From IMG/VR virus record IMGVR_UViG_3300049982_000338: a stretch of 20,000 bases of DNA; one strand, given 5' to 3'. This DNA comes from an uncultured virus (IMG/VR IMGVR_UViG_3300049982_000338) (taxonomy: Duplodnaviria; Heunggongvirae; Uroviricota; Caudoviricetes). The position numbers and the translations under genes were made by a program. The notes beneath the pieces are model-generated. The model had not been told where the DNA came from. It saw nothing but the letters and a program-made list of their open reading frames with translations, and did no database searches. Below, one piece after another: positions 9,757-17,862 of this stretch (positions within the stretch are counted from its first letter, which is position 1; each line of letters starts with the position of its first letter).

Positions 9757-10112
9757 CGCCGACGCTTGGGTGCGTTCGCCTTCCAGTGCTCACCGATCGC
9801 GTCGAGGATCGGCATCACGTCATCGACGTCCAGGTCGTCGTCCCGGTCCAGCAGCCGACCGGCCACATACGAGCGGCCCGGCTCCTGCAGGCAGTCGTCG
9901 AGGAAGTTCAGCGCCAGCTTCAGCTTCTGCAGCGGCGGGGTCCGCCGCGACGACACCGGCGCGATCTCCGCGATCAGGGCGTCCTTCGGCTTCACCGCGA
10001 CCAGCTCCACCCCGTCCAGCAGGCAGCGGAACGGGGGCGTGCCGCCGGCGGCGGCATCGTCGGCGGCCGGGTCGGTCTTCGGGGTGGTGGTGAACTCGAG
10101 CATCTCGGACAC
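9753..10112 (-). CDS. Tail assembly chaperone 1 (~119 aa)
   Basis: GTG 10112 with GGAG RBS. F.CLLDGVEL.AVKPK and RLLDRDDDLD motifs; two genes upstream of the tape measure gene. Confidence 0.7.
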   Translation of the reverse strand: MSEMLEFTTTPKTDPAADDAAAGGTPPFRCLLDGVELVAVKPKDALIAEIAPVSSRRTPPLQKLKLALNFLDDCLQEPGRSYVAGRLLDRDDDLDVDDVMPILDAIGEHWKANAPKRRR

Positions 10113-10144
10113 GGGCAGGCTCCACGAGGGGGGTGCGAAGGGGA

Positions 10145-10177
10145 GCCCGGCCCGAAGCCAGCAGCCCGCCCAGTATC
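10145..10177 (-). promoter_or_regulatory. Conserved leader motif copy 3, upstream of tail assembly chaperone
   Basis: 21 bp at 10145-10165 are identical to 9097-9117. Weaker -10-like GATACT at 10177-10172. Confidence 0.7.
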
Positions 10178-10252
10178 GCCTGCCACCCGCCCGGGTGCGG
10201 TGCACGTTGGGGGCGCGCGTCGCCCCGTCCGTACGGAACCGGACAGACCCGG

Positions 10253-10783
10253 TCAGGCGCCGCCGCCGACGACGTCCTGCATCGCCCTGCGGAGGAAGGG
10301 GCGGCCGGCGCGGGCGCCCACGGTGCGGGTGTGCGCGGGCACCGTGTGGGTGAGCTGGGTGCGGGCCGCCACCCGGTGCTTCTTCACGGTGTGCGCGGCC
10401 ACCGTGTACGCCTTCCGGCCGCCCTTGGCGGGCACCGTGTAGCCGAGCTGGGTGCGGGCGGCCACCGTGTGCGCCCGGATCTTCCGCGACCGGACGGTGT
10501 GCTCGGCGACCGTCTCCGTGCCTGCCTTCCGGCCTTCGTGCACGACCAGCGCGTACTCGACGGGGGTGCCGACGGTGCCGCGGACCACCAGCCCGACGGG
10601 GGCGTCCAGGGCGGTGACGATCGACGCCCGCAGGTTCCCGGTGTCGACCGGGCAGTACAGGACGGCCCGGTTGCGGATCTCCCGGGTCACCCGCAGCACG
10701 TAGCGGGTGACCAGCCCGCCGGGTCCGGCGAGCTTGGCCTCCAGCTCCGCGCGGGCCAGTTCGACCCGCGCCGTGGCGGGCAC
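10253..10783 (-). CDS. HK97 gp10-like tail completion protein with a repetitive His/Thr/Val insertion (176 aa)
   Basis: CPVDTGNLRASI, VGTPVEYALVVHEG and terminal RPFLRRAM are hallmark motifs. Confidence 0.8.
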   Translation of the reverse strand: MPATARVELARAELEAKLAGPGGLVTRYVLRVTREIRNRAVLYCPVDTGNLRASIVTALDAPVGLVVRGTVGTPVEYALVVHEGRKAGTETVAEHTVRSRKIRAHTVAARTQLGYTVPAKGGRKAYTVAAHTVKKHRVAARTQLTHTVPAHTRTVGARAGRPFLRRAMQDVVGGGA

Positions 10784-10786
10784 CGG

Positions 10787-11167
10787 TCAGCCCTCCCCGG
10801 CGTCGCCGCCGTGGTCGCCGTCGTCGCCGTCGGCGTCGGTGGGACTGTCCGGATCCGTACGGTCCGCCGCCCCGGCCGGTGGGGTGGGATCCCCGGCGGT
10901 CACGGTGGCCGGATGCTCGGAGTGCAGGTGCCGGGTCAGGCGGGACCGCTTGGCGCGGACCAGCCCGTGGGTGGGCAGCCCGTGCGCGCGGAGCGCCTCA
11001 TCCAGCTCCTCCCCCCGCAGCTCGGTCCCCGCGTGCACCTCCTCCAGCACGGTCAGCCGGCCGTCGGCGATCGCCGCCTCCACCAGCCGGGTGCGGGCCA
11101 GGGTGATCTCCTCACCCCACGCCAGCCCCAGCATCGGGGTCTCGGTACGCACACGAACATCGGACAC
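10787..11167 (-). CDS. Hypothetical protein with SAP/HeH-like motif and acidic tail (126 aa)
   Basis: GGAGG RBS. LRGEELDEALRAHGLPTHGLVRAKRSRL resembles the SAP pattern. Confidence 0.65.
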   Translation of the reverse strand: MSDVRVRTETPMLGLAWGEEITLARTRLVEAAIADGRLTVLEEVHAGTELRGEELDEALRAHGLPTHGLVRAKRSRLTRHLHSEHPATVTAGDPTPPAGAADRTDPDSPTDADGDDGDHGGDAGEG

Positions 11168-11196
11168 AACAGCCTCCAGGCGACGGGCAGGAACGG

Positions 11197-11754
11197 TCAG
11201 GGGACGTGGACGGTGGCGGTGGTGGCGCCGCCGACGACCCCACCGTCGGGGCCGAACGGCACGAACGCGCCGAGGACCATGCCGACGTCCAGGGCGTCGG
11301 CGTAGGTGTAGAGCAGCGCGTCCCGGACGATCGCCGCGTCCAGCACCGCCCGGTCCGCGGCGGCGGTCTCCTCCTCCATCGTGGGGAGCAGCAGCTCGGT
11401 GCCGGCTTCCCGCACCACCGGCGCCGGGCGGACCACCCCGACCTCCACCACCACCGCCCAGGACAGATCCCGGTCACCGACGGACGTGGCGTCCTGGGCG
11501 GGGAACTGCGCGGTGGGGTACAGGTTGACCAGCCGCACCCACAGCTGCCCGCAGCAGCCGGACGCCTCATCCAGCCCGCGGTCGACCACCGCCGCCGCGC
11601 CGGACAGGACCCCCGCCGCGCACGGCGCCACCACACTCGGATCGGCGGCGGCGAGCTCGTCGTACCGGTCCAGCACCGCCCCCAGCACGGCGGCCAGGAC
11701 GGGGGCGGCCACCGGGTCCAGCACCTGCCCGCCGACCACACAGATACGGGTCAC
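11197..11754 (-). CDS. Probable tail terminator / tail completion protein (~185 aa)
   Basis: GTG 11754 (GTGA overlap). CGQLWVRLV..YP, VEVGVVR and PFGPDGGVVG motifs; position in the neck region. Confidence 0.6.
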   Translation of the reverse strand: MTRICVVGGQVLDPVAAPVLAAVLGAVLDRYDELAAADPSVVAPCAAGVLSGAAAVVDRGLDEASGCCGQLWVRLVNLYPTAQFPAQDATSVGDRDLSWAVVVEVGVVRPAPVVREAGTELLLPTMEEETAAADRAVLDAAIVRDALLYTYADALDVGMVLGAFVPFGPDGGVVGGATTATVHVP

Positions 11755-12500
11755 GGGCCGACCGCCAGCACCCGATGCCGCGTCGTGCCCGCACCCCACA
11801 CGCTGGCGGCCCGGTCCAGGCCGTCCGGGTTCACCGACCGCAGCCACGCATCCACCACCGCGATGCCGGTCAGCCCGGCGTCGGCCAGCTCCGTCGGGTC
11901 GGCGATGGACACCGAGATACCTTGGCGGGCGACGTCCCTCGTGCGGGCCGGCAACCGGCAGCCGGGGTCGGCGGTCATGCCCAGCGCCAACTCCAGGGCG
12001 TACCGGCCGGCGGCCAGGTTCGCGTCGTCGGACGCTTCCCGGCCGCGGGTGTAGCGCACCACCCAGCGGGGGGCGTACACGTCCTGGGCGACCGGCCACC
12101 CGCCGCCGTCGGTGCGGACCAGCGTCCCGTCCGGATCACACGCCCACGCATCCCCGGGCAGGGCGGCGCCGTCGAGGAGGACCTCCGCCACGGCGGTGAC
12201 CGGGCCGGGCAACCGGAACGCCCGCACCCATCCGCCGCAGCCCGCACCATTGTCGGCGGAACGGGTAGCGGCGTGCAGCGCGACCGCCCGCGGCGGCACG
12301 TCGTAGAAGGTGCGGCGCGGCGCCGGGACGTACGGGGCGAGGGTGACCTGCACGGTGCCGAACTGCCGCCCCGACAACGCCCACAGGGTCCGCACCGCCC
12401 CGGACAGGGCCGCCTCCCGCACCTCCGCGGGCAGGGCAGCCCACCGGTCCCCGAGCACCGAAGTGCTCGGGGACCAGCCGGCCGGCAGCGGGACGGTCAT
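11751..12500 (-). CDS. Head-to-tail adaptor (~249 aa)
   Basis: From ATG 12500: LWALSGRQFG, LPGPVTAVAEV.LDG, LVRTDGGGWP..QD, YTRG, CRLP.R...ARQGIS, GLTGI..VDAWL..VNP. Synteny after the tail tube gene. Confidence 0.75.
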   Translation of the reverse strand: MTVPLPAGWSPSTSVLGDRWAALPAEVREAALSGAVRTLWALSGRQFGTVQVTLAPYVPAPRRTFYDVPPRAVALHAATRSADNGAGCGGWVRAFRLPGPVTAVAEVLLDGAALPGDAWACDPDGTLVRTDGGGWPVAQDVYAPRWVVRYTRGREASDDANLAAGRYALELALGMTADPGCRLPARTRDVARQGISVSIADPTELADAGLTGIAVVDAWLRSVNPDGLDRAASVWGAGTTRHRVLAVGP

Positions 12501-12502
12501 GC

Positions 12503-13207
12503 TCAGGCGGCGGCGAGGGCCACGAGGCCCTCGGTGACCTCCGGCGGCGCGACCGAGGTGATCTGCAGGTGGAAGTGGGTCTTGGGGCCGACCTCGGTCA
12601 GCAGCGGACCCGGCACCGTCGGGGCGCCACCGTTCGCACCGGCCACGGTGTGCACCACGTCGTAGGGACCGGCGCCCCACTGCGAGTTCTCCCGCGTCGT
12701 GGACGAGATCGAGAACGACGCGGCGCCGTCCTCGATGGTGAAGTCCCCGATCTTCCCGCCCCGCAGGAACGGCAGCAGCGTGTACCCAAAGTTCGCCAGG
12801 CCGGCGCACTCCTGCCCACCGATCCCGGTCCACACCTCCAGCGCCCAACCGCCCAGCACCGGGATACCGCCGTCCATGCGGAACCCGACACCGCGGGCGG
12901 CGGCGTCCACGATCGTCTGGTTCCCGGTGATCAGGGAGACGAGGTCGGGGTCGACGCGGGTGAACGCGATCTCCGCGGACATGGCGGTCAGCCGCGAGTC
13001 GGCCGGCTCGTTGATGTCGATGTCACCGTCGGCGTCCTTGATGGTGACGGTCTCCCCGTCCTCGTACTGCGGGGACAGACCGACCGACACGAACCCCTTC
13101 GACACGCGGGTGGTGGCGGGGCCGACGACGGGGGCACCGCACTCGTCGAGCCGGGTGATCCGCATGCGCTTGCCGCGGATCGGGGCGAAGGTGAGGCCAG
13201 CAGCCAT
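12503..13207 (-). CDS. Major tail (tube) protein (234 aa)
   Basis: FAPIRGKRMRITRLDECG, GFVSV, ALEVW, YTLLPFL, GDFTIE and WGAGPYDV motifs typical of cluster B-like siphophage tail tubes. GGAG RBS. Confidence 0.85.
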   Translation of the reverse strand: MAAGLTFAPIRGKRMRITRLDECGAPVVGPATTRVSKGFVSVGLSPQYEDGETVTIKDADGDIDINEPADSRLTAMSAEIAFTRVDPDLVSLITGNQTIVDAAARGVGFRMDGGIPVLGGWALEVWTGIGGQECAGLANFGYTLLPFLRGGKIGDFTIEDGAASFSISSTTRENSQWGAGPYDVVHTVAGANGGAPTVPGPLLTEVGPKTHFHLQITSVAPPEVTEGLVALAAA

Positions 13208-13234
13208 GAGGTTCTCTCCAGGTGCTCAGGGAAT

Positions 13235-13277
13235 GAGCGCCCGGCCCTCGGCCAGCGGCGGTACAGGCCGCAGCGTA
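13235..13277 (-). promoter_or_regulatory. Conserved leader motif copy 2 with -10-like TACGCT, upstream of major tail gene
   Basis: 26-bp identity with 17863-17888. TACGCT on the minus strand at 13277-13272. Confidence 0.75.
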
Positions 13278-13311
13278 GTGCAGCCCCCGCCCGGTTGGTG
13301 GGGTGGCGCGC

Positions 13312-13674
13312 TCAGTTGTGCCGCGGCCTGGTCCCAGGGAACAGGCCGCAGTACCAGGGCTGGTCCACGGCGTAGGCGGGCAGCCACCCGCCGGGGGGTT
13401 CCATCAACGCGACCCCCGGATAGCAGTTGTTCCGCACCAGCTCGTGGCCGTAGACCGCGGCGTAGGCGACGGTGGGGCTCCACACCAGCATCCCGGCGGC
13501 GATCACCGCCACGATCCACCGTTGCCGGCGGCGGGTGTCCTCGGCGGTGGCGTGCGCGGCGTCGGCCCGCTTGTCGGTCAGGTCGGCGATCGTCGTCCGC
13601 TCGTGCAGCAGCCCGTCGAGGCGCTCGACCCGTTCGTGCAGGTCCCGCACGCCGGCGTCGAACTCCTGCATCAC
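13312..13674 (-). CDS. Coiled-coil plus single-TM membrane protein (~120 aa)
   Basis: C-terminal part of track ORF 13312..14133 from GTG 13674: MQEFDAGVRDLHERVERLD...RRRQRWIVAVIAAGMLVW..., with two C-terminal Cys. Confidence 0.7.
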   Translation of the reverse strand: MMQEFDAGVRDLHERVERLDGLLHERTTIADLTDKRADAAHATAEDTRRRQRWIVAVIAAGMLVWSPTVAYAAVYGHELVRNNCYPGVALMEPPGGWLPAYAVDQPWYCGLFPGTRPRHN

Positions 13675-14216
13675 GGTGACCCGTCGGGACCGTCGAGTCG
13701 GGTGACCCGGGCGACGATGCTCCGGCCGTCCACCCCCGGCCCGGGAGGGCCCTCGGTGGAGCCTTCCAGCTCGCCGGGGTACCACCGCTGCTCGAGGAGC
13801 CCGGGGTGGGACTCGCGGATCCGCTTGACCTCCCGCACCGGCACCAGCACCATCCCGCGGGGCACCCTGTTCCCCAGTTGGTAGTCCTGCAACGCGAGCC
13901 GCAGGTCGTTGACCTGCCGTTCCAGGGACTTGTTCTCCACCTTCAGCTCGCGGATGTCCGCGGTGTGGGATGCCTTCAGGTCGGCGATCGCCTTCTCGTA
14001 GCCGTCGACCCGGTTCTTCGTCTCGGTCAGCAGCACCTTCAGCACGTCCAGGTTGCCCTGGGCTTCGACGACGGTGACCTGTTTCCGGTCGGCGGCGGCG
14101 GCGTCGGCCCGGTCCCCGCGGCGGGTCGCCCATTTGCCGATGATGTCTTTCACACCGAACGCGGCCAGGAAGGTGCCGAGCGCGGCGAGGAACGCGATCA
14201 CGGTGTCCCCGTTCAC
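13671..14216 (-). CDS. N-terminal TM plus coiled-coil protein (181 aa), lysis-cassette-like
   Basis: TVIAFLAALGTFLAAFG anchor, then heptad region (IRELKVENKSLERQVNDLRLAL). Coupled by GTGA overlaps on both sides. Confidence 0.75.
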   Translation of the reverse strand: MNGDTVIAFLAALGTFLAAFGVKDIIGKWATRRGDRADAAAADRKQVTVVEAQGNLDVLKVLLTETKNRVDGYEKAIADLKASHTADIRELKVENKSLERQVNDLRLALQDYQLGNRVPRGMVLVPVREVKRIRESHPGLLEQRWYPGELEGSTEGPPGPGVDGRSIVARVTRLDGPDGSP

Positions 14217-14653
14217 GCCGGGCCCTCCGAGTAGCTGCGGCGGAGCTGGTCCCGCCAGGCAGACAGGTGCGCGTAGGCGTAGCCGTGCATCGCCGCGACC
14301 AGGGCGTAGACGAGGGTGCCGAGCTGGGACACGTTGGTGATGGTCAGGTCCACCGCGAACAGCACCCAGGTGAGCAGCGCCAGCAGGTTCGCCACGTCGG
14401 TGGCCCGCAGCAGCCGGTCGGTGTAGAGGGAGGCGGTCATCACCCCGCCGAACAGCAGCAGCCCGATCCCGAGCGGTATGTCACCGAAGAAGTGCCGCTC
14501 GATCAGGGCGTAGGCGCTGCCGTCGGTGAGGATCTCGTCGGGGCACAGCAGCCGCACCCCGACCGCGACGTCGAACAGGGCGGCCAGGACCCGGGCGGAG
14601 GTGACCCGCGGATAGCGGTGGTCGGGGTCGGCGGTCGGGAACAGGCGGGCCAT
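14213..14653 (-). CDS. Four-TM membrane protein, holin-like candidate (146 aa)
   Basis: About four hydrophobic segments, GGAG RBS, GTGA overlap with the next gene. Confidence 0.65.
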   Translation of the reverse strand: MARLFPTADPDHRYPRVTSARVLAALFDVAVGVRLLCPDEILTDGSAYALIERHFFGDIPLGIGLLLFGGVMTASLYTDRLLRATDVANLLALLTWVLFAVDLTITNVSQLGTLVYALVAAMHGYAYAHLSAWRDQLRRSYSEGPA

Positions 14654-14672
14654 CTGCGCTCTCCGGTAGGGG

Positions 14673-14712
14673 CCGGCCCCGGCACCCCCGGGGAAGGGGG
14701 GGCCGGGGCCGG
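14673..14712. terminator. GC-rich hairpin after the capsid gene block
   Basis: ccggccccggc-a-ccccc / ggggg-g-gccggggccgg with a 6-nt loop, about 15 nt after the stop at 14728. Confidence 0.65.
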
Positions 14713-14727
14713 GAACGGTGCGGGGGG

Positions 14728-15168
14728 TCAGGCGGTGCGGCGGGCCGCGCGGCGCGCGGCCGGCTTCTCACCCTCGGCGTCACCCTCGGCGGCGCCGTCC
14801 ACCTCATCGGTGGTGGGGTTCTCCGCCGCGGCCGGCGTCTCGCCGCCGGGCCGGTCGGTGAGGTGCTGACGGCCGCCGTCGACCTTCGCCGGCAGCGACT
14901 CCGGCGCCGACCCGGACAGAATGTCCGCGGCCTGCACATCGGTGGGCAGCGCCGTGTTGCCCAGCGCGGAACCGGAACGGGCCTCGGCGTCCACGACCTC
15001 GTTCGAGCCGGGGGTGTAGCCGGCGGCCTCCGCGACCGAGGCGGGGACACGGAACCCGTCGGCGACGGTCCGCACCACCTCAGGCTGGTCACCGGCGGCG
15101 GCCAGCAGCTTGCGGGCCACCTCCGGCTGGTCGGCGGACAGGGCGTAGACGTCAACGAACTCAGGCAC
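14728..15168 (-). CDS. Hypothetical virion-associated protein (146 aa); small folded N-domain plus acidic disordered tail
   Basis: AAGGAG RBS before GTG. ARKLLAAAGDQPEVVRTVADGFRVP N-domain and basic C-terminus AARRAARRTA. Confidence 0.7.
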   Translation of the reverse strand: MPEFVDVYALSADQPEVARKLLAAAGDQPEVVRTVADGFRVPASVAEAAGYTPGSNEVVDAEARSGSALGNTALPTDVQAADILSGSAPESLPAKVDGGRQHLTDRPGGETPAAAENPTTDEVDGAAEGDAEGEKPAARRAARRTA

Positions 15169-15185
15169 AGCAGACTCCTTGGGGG

Positions 15186-16019
15186 TCAGGCGGTCAGATC
15201 AACAGGAACAGCGACGAGCCCGCAGGAGTGCCCGACGGACACGATGCGGGCCGCCTGGACCGTGGCGACGTTCGTCTCCCGGTCCAGGGCATCAGGGAGG
15301 TTGTGCGGCAGGTCGATGACCGGGCCGCGGGCGACCTGCACCGGCCCGGTGGCGTACAGCCACGTCACCGCATCAGTGCGGGGCTCACCGGCCGGCCCGG
15401 TGCCGGGGTAGCCGGTGCCGAACACCACCCGGGTGCCCAGCTCGGTACGCATCACCCCACGGGACTCGGCCACCAGCCCCTTCAGGGCGGGGAACGCGAC
15501 GCGGGGGGCGTGGATCACCCCGACCGCACCGGACATTCCCCCGATCGCCTCCTCCAGCCGCCCGAACGCCAGCGCCGCCTTCAGCGGGGTGCCGGACAGG
15601 ATGGTCACCTCGTCACCGGCGGCGAGGTGCGGGGCGGCCACGTCATCGGGCCAGCCGACACCGGTCCAGTAGGCGCGCTCGACCGCGGTCTGCTCCGCCA
15701 GCCGCAGCCGGGTGCGGGCGATCTCCCGGAGCCGCTCCAGGGTGGTGCCGACCGGCTTGCAGCGGACCCGGGACGACACCCCGAACGGGGGCGCCTCGAC
15801 CTGCGGCAGACCACCCTCCGGGACGTCGAGGGGGAACACGTCGTCGGGCTGCGGGCAGCCGACCGGGAACACGTCGGGCAGCCCGCAGATCGTGGGCTCC
15901 CAGGTGATCCCGGACTGCACGTGCGGATCGTCGGGGTCCAGCACCGTCGCAGCGGAGTACAGCCCGTACCCGGCCGCCTCGGGGGCCGGTTCCTTCACGG
16001 GGAACAGCGGGGTGGTCAC
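15186..16019 (-). CDS. Second capsid protein, probable capsid pentamer protein (277 aa)
   Basis: Directly follows the major capsid gene. GLYSAATV, ITWEPTICG, GVIHAP, T.LGT.VVFG.GY and LYATG.V motifs match the gene that follows the capsid in cluster B-like phages. GGAG RBS. Confidence 0.65.
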   Translation of the reverse strand: MTTPLFPVKEPAPEAAGYGLYSAATVLDPDDPHVQSGITWEPTICGLPDVFPVGCPQPDDVFPLDVPEGGLPQVEAPPFGVSSRVRCKPVGTTLERLREIARTRLRLAEQTAVERAYWTGVGWPDDVAAPHLAAGDEVTILSGTPLKAALAFGRLEEAIGGMSGAVGVIHAPRVAFPALKGLVAESRGVMRTELGTRVVFGTGYPGTGPAGEPRTDAVTWLYATGPVQVARGPVIDLPHNLPDALDRETNVATVQAARIVSVGHSCGLVAVPVDLTA

Positions 16020-16041
16020 GGGCGGGGCGCTCCTTCCATGA

Positions 16042-16078
16042 CCGAGGCCGGGGAGCCGGTCAGGCTCCCCGGCCTCGG
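16042..16078. terminator. Perfect 16-bp hairpin between the two capsid genes (terminator/attenuator or mRNA stabiliser)
   Basis: ccgaggccggggagcc (16042-16057), loop ggtca, ggctccccggcctcgg (16063-16078). Confidence 0.75.
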
Positions 16079-16096
16079 GTCAGGCGCTACGAGGGG

Positions 16097-17833
16097 TCAG
16101 GAGGCGGCGACGGCGACCGCGCCACCGGCGTTCGTGTAGCCGTTCGCGGCGATCGGCACCGTGTACACCCGGGAGTCGTGACCGGTCTTGGCGACCAGCA
16201 GGCTCTCCTCGGTGAACAGCCCGGTGAACTCGTTCTCCACCAGACCAGCGGAGTCGTAGATCGTGTCCAGGCTGATGACGTCCCCGAGACCCCGAACGAA
16301 CGTGCCCGCCGGGTAGACCAGGAACGACACCGTGGCGGGCCAACGCGCGGCGGCCGTGGCCTGACCGATCGCCGAGTCCTGCCAGTCGTAGACGAACTGG
16401 GGGGCGACGTTGCGGAGGGTGAACCAGCCGCGGATCTGCTGGTCGGTCACCGCGAGCAGGTCGGTGCCGCCCTGCCACGCCAGGTCCGCCCGGATCGCCG
16501 GAACGATCCACGCCGGGAACACGGCCTCCAGCGTCGTACCCCGCGCCATGCGGTGCCGGTACTTGACGTCCTCGACGGCGAGCTCGATGGCGTTCATCAC
16601 CGGCGTGCCGGCGCCGCCACCCGGGTTCGGGAGCGCGGTCACCGCGGTGGACAGCGCCACCATCCGGGCGATCGACTTGGCGGAAATGCGGTGCGCGTGC
16701 GCCGCCAGCGCGCCACGCACGACGCGGGCGGTCAGCTCCGGGTACGCCCGGTTCTGCAGGATGCCGGCGGTGATGCACAGCCCCTCGACCCCGGCCCGCT
16801 CCTCCGTGAAGTCCGGGCAGGGCACCCGGTAGCAGGGCTTCGTCTGCCCCGCGATGGCCTGAGCCTCCGTCTGCGAGAACCCGGTGCCGTCGAAGATGGA
16901 CCGGAAGTCGGGGCCCGGGGTGAACCGAATCCCACCCCTGGCGACGTTGATCTCCGGCAGGTCGACCAGCGCGTCAGCGGCCTCGTACTCCGCCAGGTCG
17001 TACAGCGTCTCCGACGGGGAGCACCAGCCGCCGGCGGCGATCAGGTTGCCGCCGGGCAGCCGGGACTGGTCGATGGCGTAGTCGATGACCTGCGAGTCGG
17101 TGACGGCCTTGGCGACCAGGCCGGGCTCGAAGTCCTTCCGCAGCAGCGCGATGCCGTGCTTCATGCGGGTACGGCCACCGGGCAGCGGCGCCGACGGGTA
17201 CTCCGACGCACGCCGGGACACGGCCTCGGCGACGTCCATGAACGACCCGAACGGGGTACCGGCCTGGTGGCCGGGGGCCTCCGGGGCGGCGATCAGGGTG
17301 ACCGGGCGACGCTCGGGGGCGGCCGGCTTCGGGGACCGCGGCGCCAGGTCAGCGACCCGGGCGCGGGTGCGGGCACCACCAGCCGGCTTCACGGCGGCGG
17401 CGGTGACGGCCTGCGGCTGGTCGATCTCCGACGCGTCGTCGGGAACCGTGACGTCATCGGCCTCGGTGCCGTCCGCGTCCGCGTCGACCGTCTCGTCGGC
17501 GGGGGCGGGGGCCAGGGCGTCGCCGAGGCCGGCGAGCTTGTCGCGGCGGGCGGTAGCGGCCTCCGCGCGGGTGTCCTGCTCGACCCGGACGGTGGTGACG
17601 ATCTCGGCGAGGCGCTCGGCCTCGGCCACGTCGTCGTCGGTCAGGAAGTCCAGGCCGCGGATGGCCTCGAACGCGGCGACGGCCTGCGCCTCGAGGTCGG
17701 CCAGGCCGGCGTCGTCCAGACCGGTCGCACCGTCGGCGGGCAGGGCGATCGGGGTGTCACTGTTGTCGGCGTACACCGTGAAGCGGGCGCCGGTCAGGTC
17801 ACGCTTGATGCGCGGGAGGGTGGACAGGTTCAC
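16097..17833 (-). CDS. Major capsid protein (cluster B-like hexamer type) with long N-terminal scaffold-like region (~578 aa)
   Basis: LIAAGGWCSPSETLYD, DLPEINVARGGI, KPCYRVPCPDF, GLCITAGILQNRAYPEL, LDTIYDS...N.FTGLFTEE motifs typical of this actinophage capsid family. GTG 17833 has an AGGAG RBS. Confidence 0.85.
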   Translation of the reverse strand: MNLSTLPRIKRDLTGARFTVYADNSDTPIALPADGATGLDDAGLADLEAQAVAAFEAIRGLDFLTDDDVAEAERLAEIVTTVRVEQDTRAEAATARRDKLAGLGDALAPAPADETVDADADGTEADDVTVPDDASEIDQPQAVTAAAVKPAGGARTRARVADLAPRSPKPAAPERRPVTLIAAPEAPGHQAGTPFGSFMDVAEAVSRRASEYPSAPLPGGRTRMKHGIALLRKDFEPGLVAKAVTDSQVIDYAIDQSRLPGGNLIAAGGWCSPSETLYDLAEYEAADALVDLPEINVARGGIRFTPGPDFRSIFDGTGFSQTEAQAIAGQTKPCYRVPCPDFTEERAGVEGLCITAGILQNRAYPELTARVVRGALAAHAHRISAKSIARMVALSTAVTALPNPGGGAGTPVMNAIELAVEDVKYRHRMARGTTLEAVFPAWIVPAIRADLAWQGGTDLLAVTDQQIRGWFTLRNVAPQFVYDWQDSAIGQATAAARWPATVSFLVYPAGTFVRGLGDVISLDTIYDSAGLVENEFTGLFTEESLLVAKTGHDSRVYTVPIAANGYTNAGGAVAVAAS

Positions 17834-17862
17834 GGGGGAGGCTCCTGGGTGCTCGGAAGTGC

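Noticed and set aside
9740..9800. Programmed -1 frameshift between the tail assembly chaperones
   Set aside because: No XXXYYYZ slippery heptamer seen near the end of chaperone 1, and the second gene has its own GTGA-coupled start.
403..13207. Contractile injection system or R-type tailocin
   Set aside because: No sheath, baseplate wedge, VgrG/PAAR or AAA ATPase; the tail is siphovirus-like and capsid genes are present.
15186..16019. Encapsulin
   Set aside because: The size is similar, but it follows a phage major capsid gene within a tail-containing cluster and there is no cargo enzyme.
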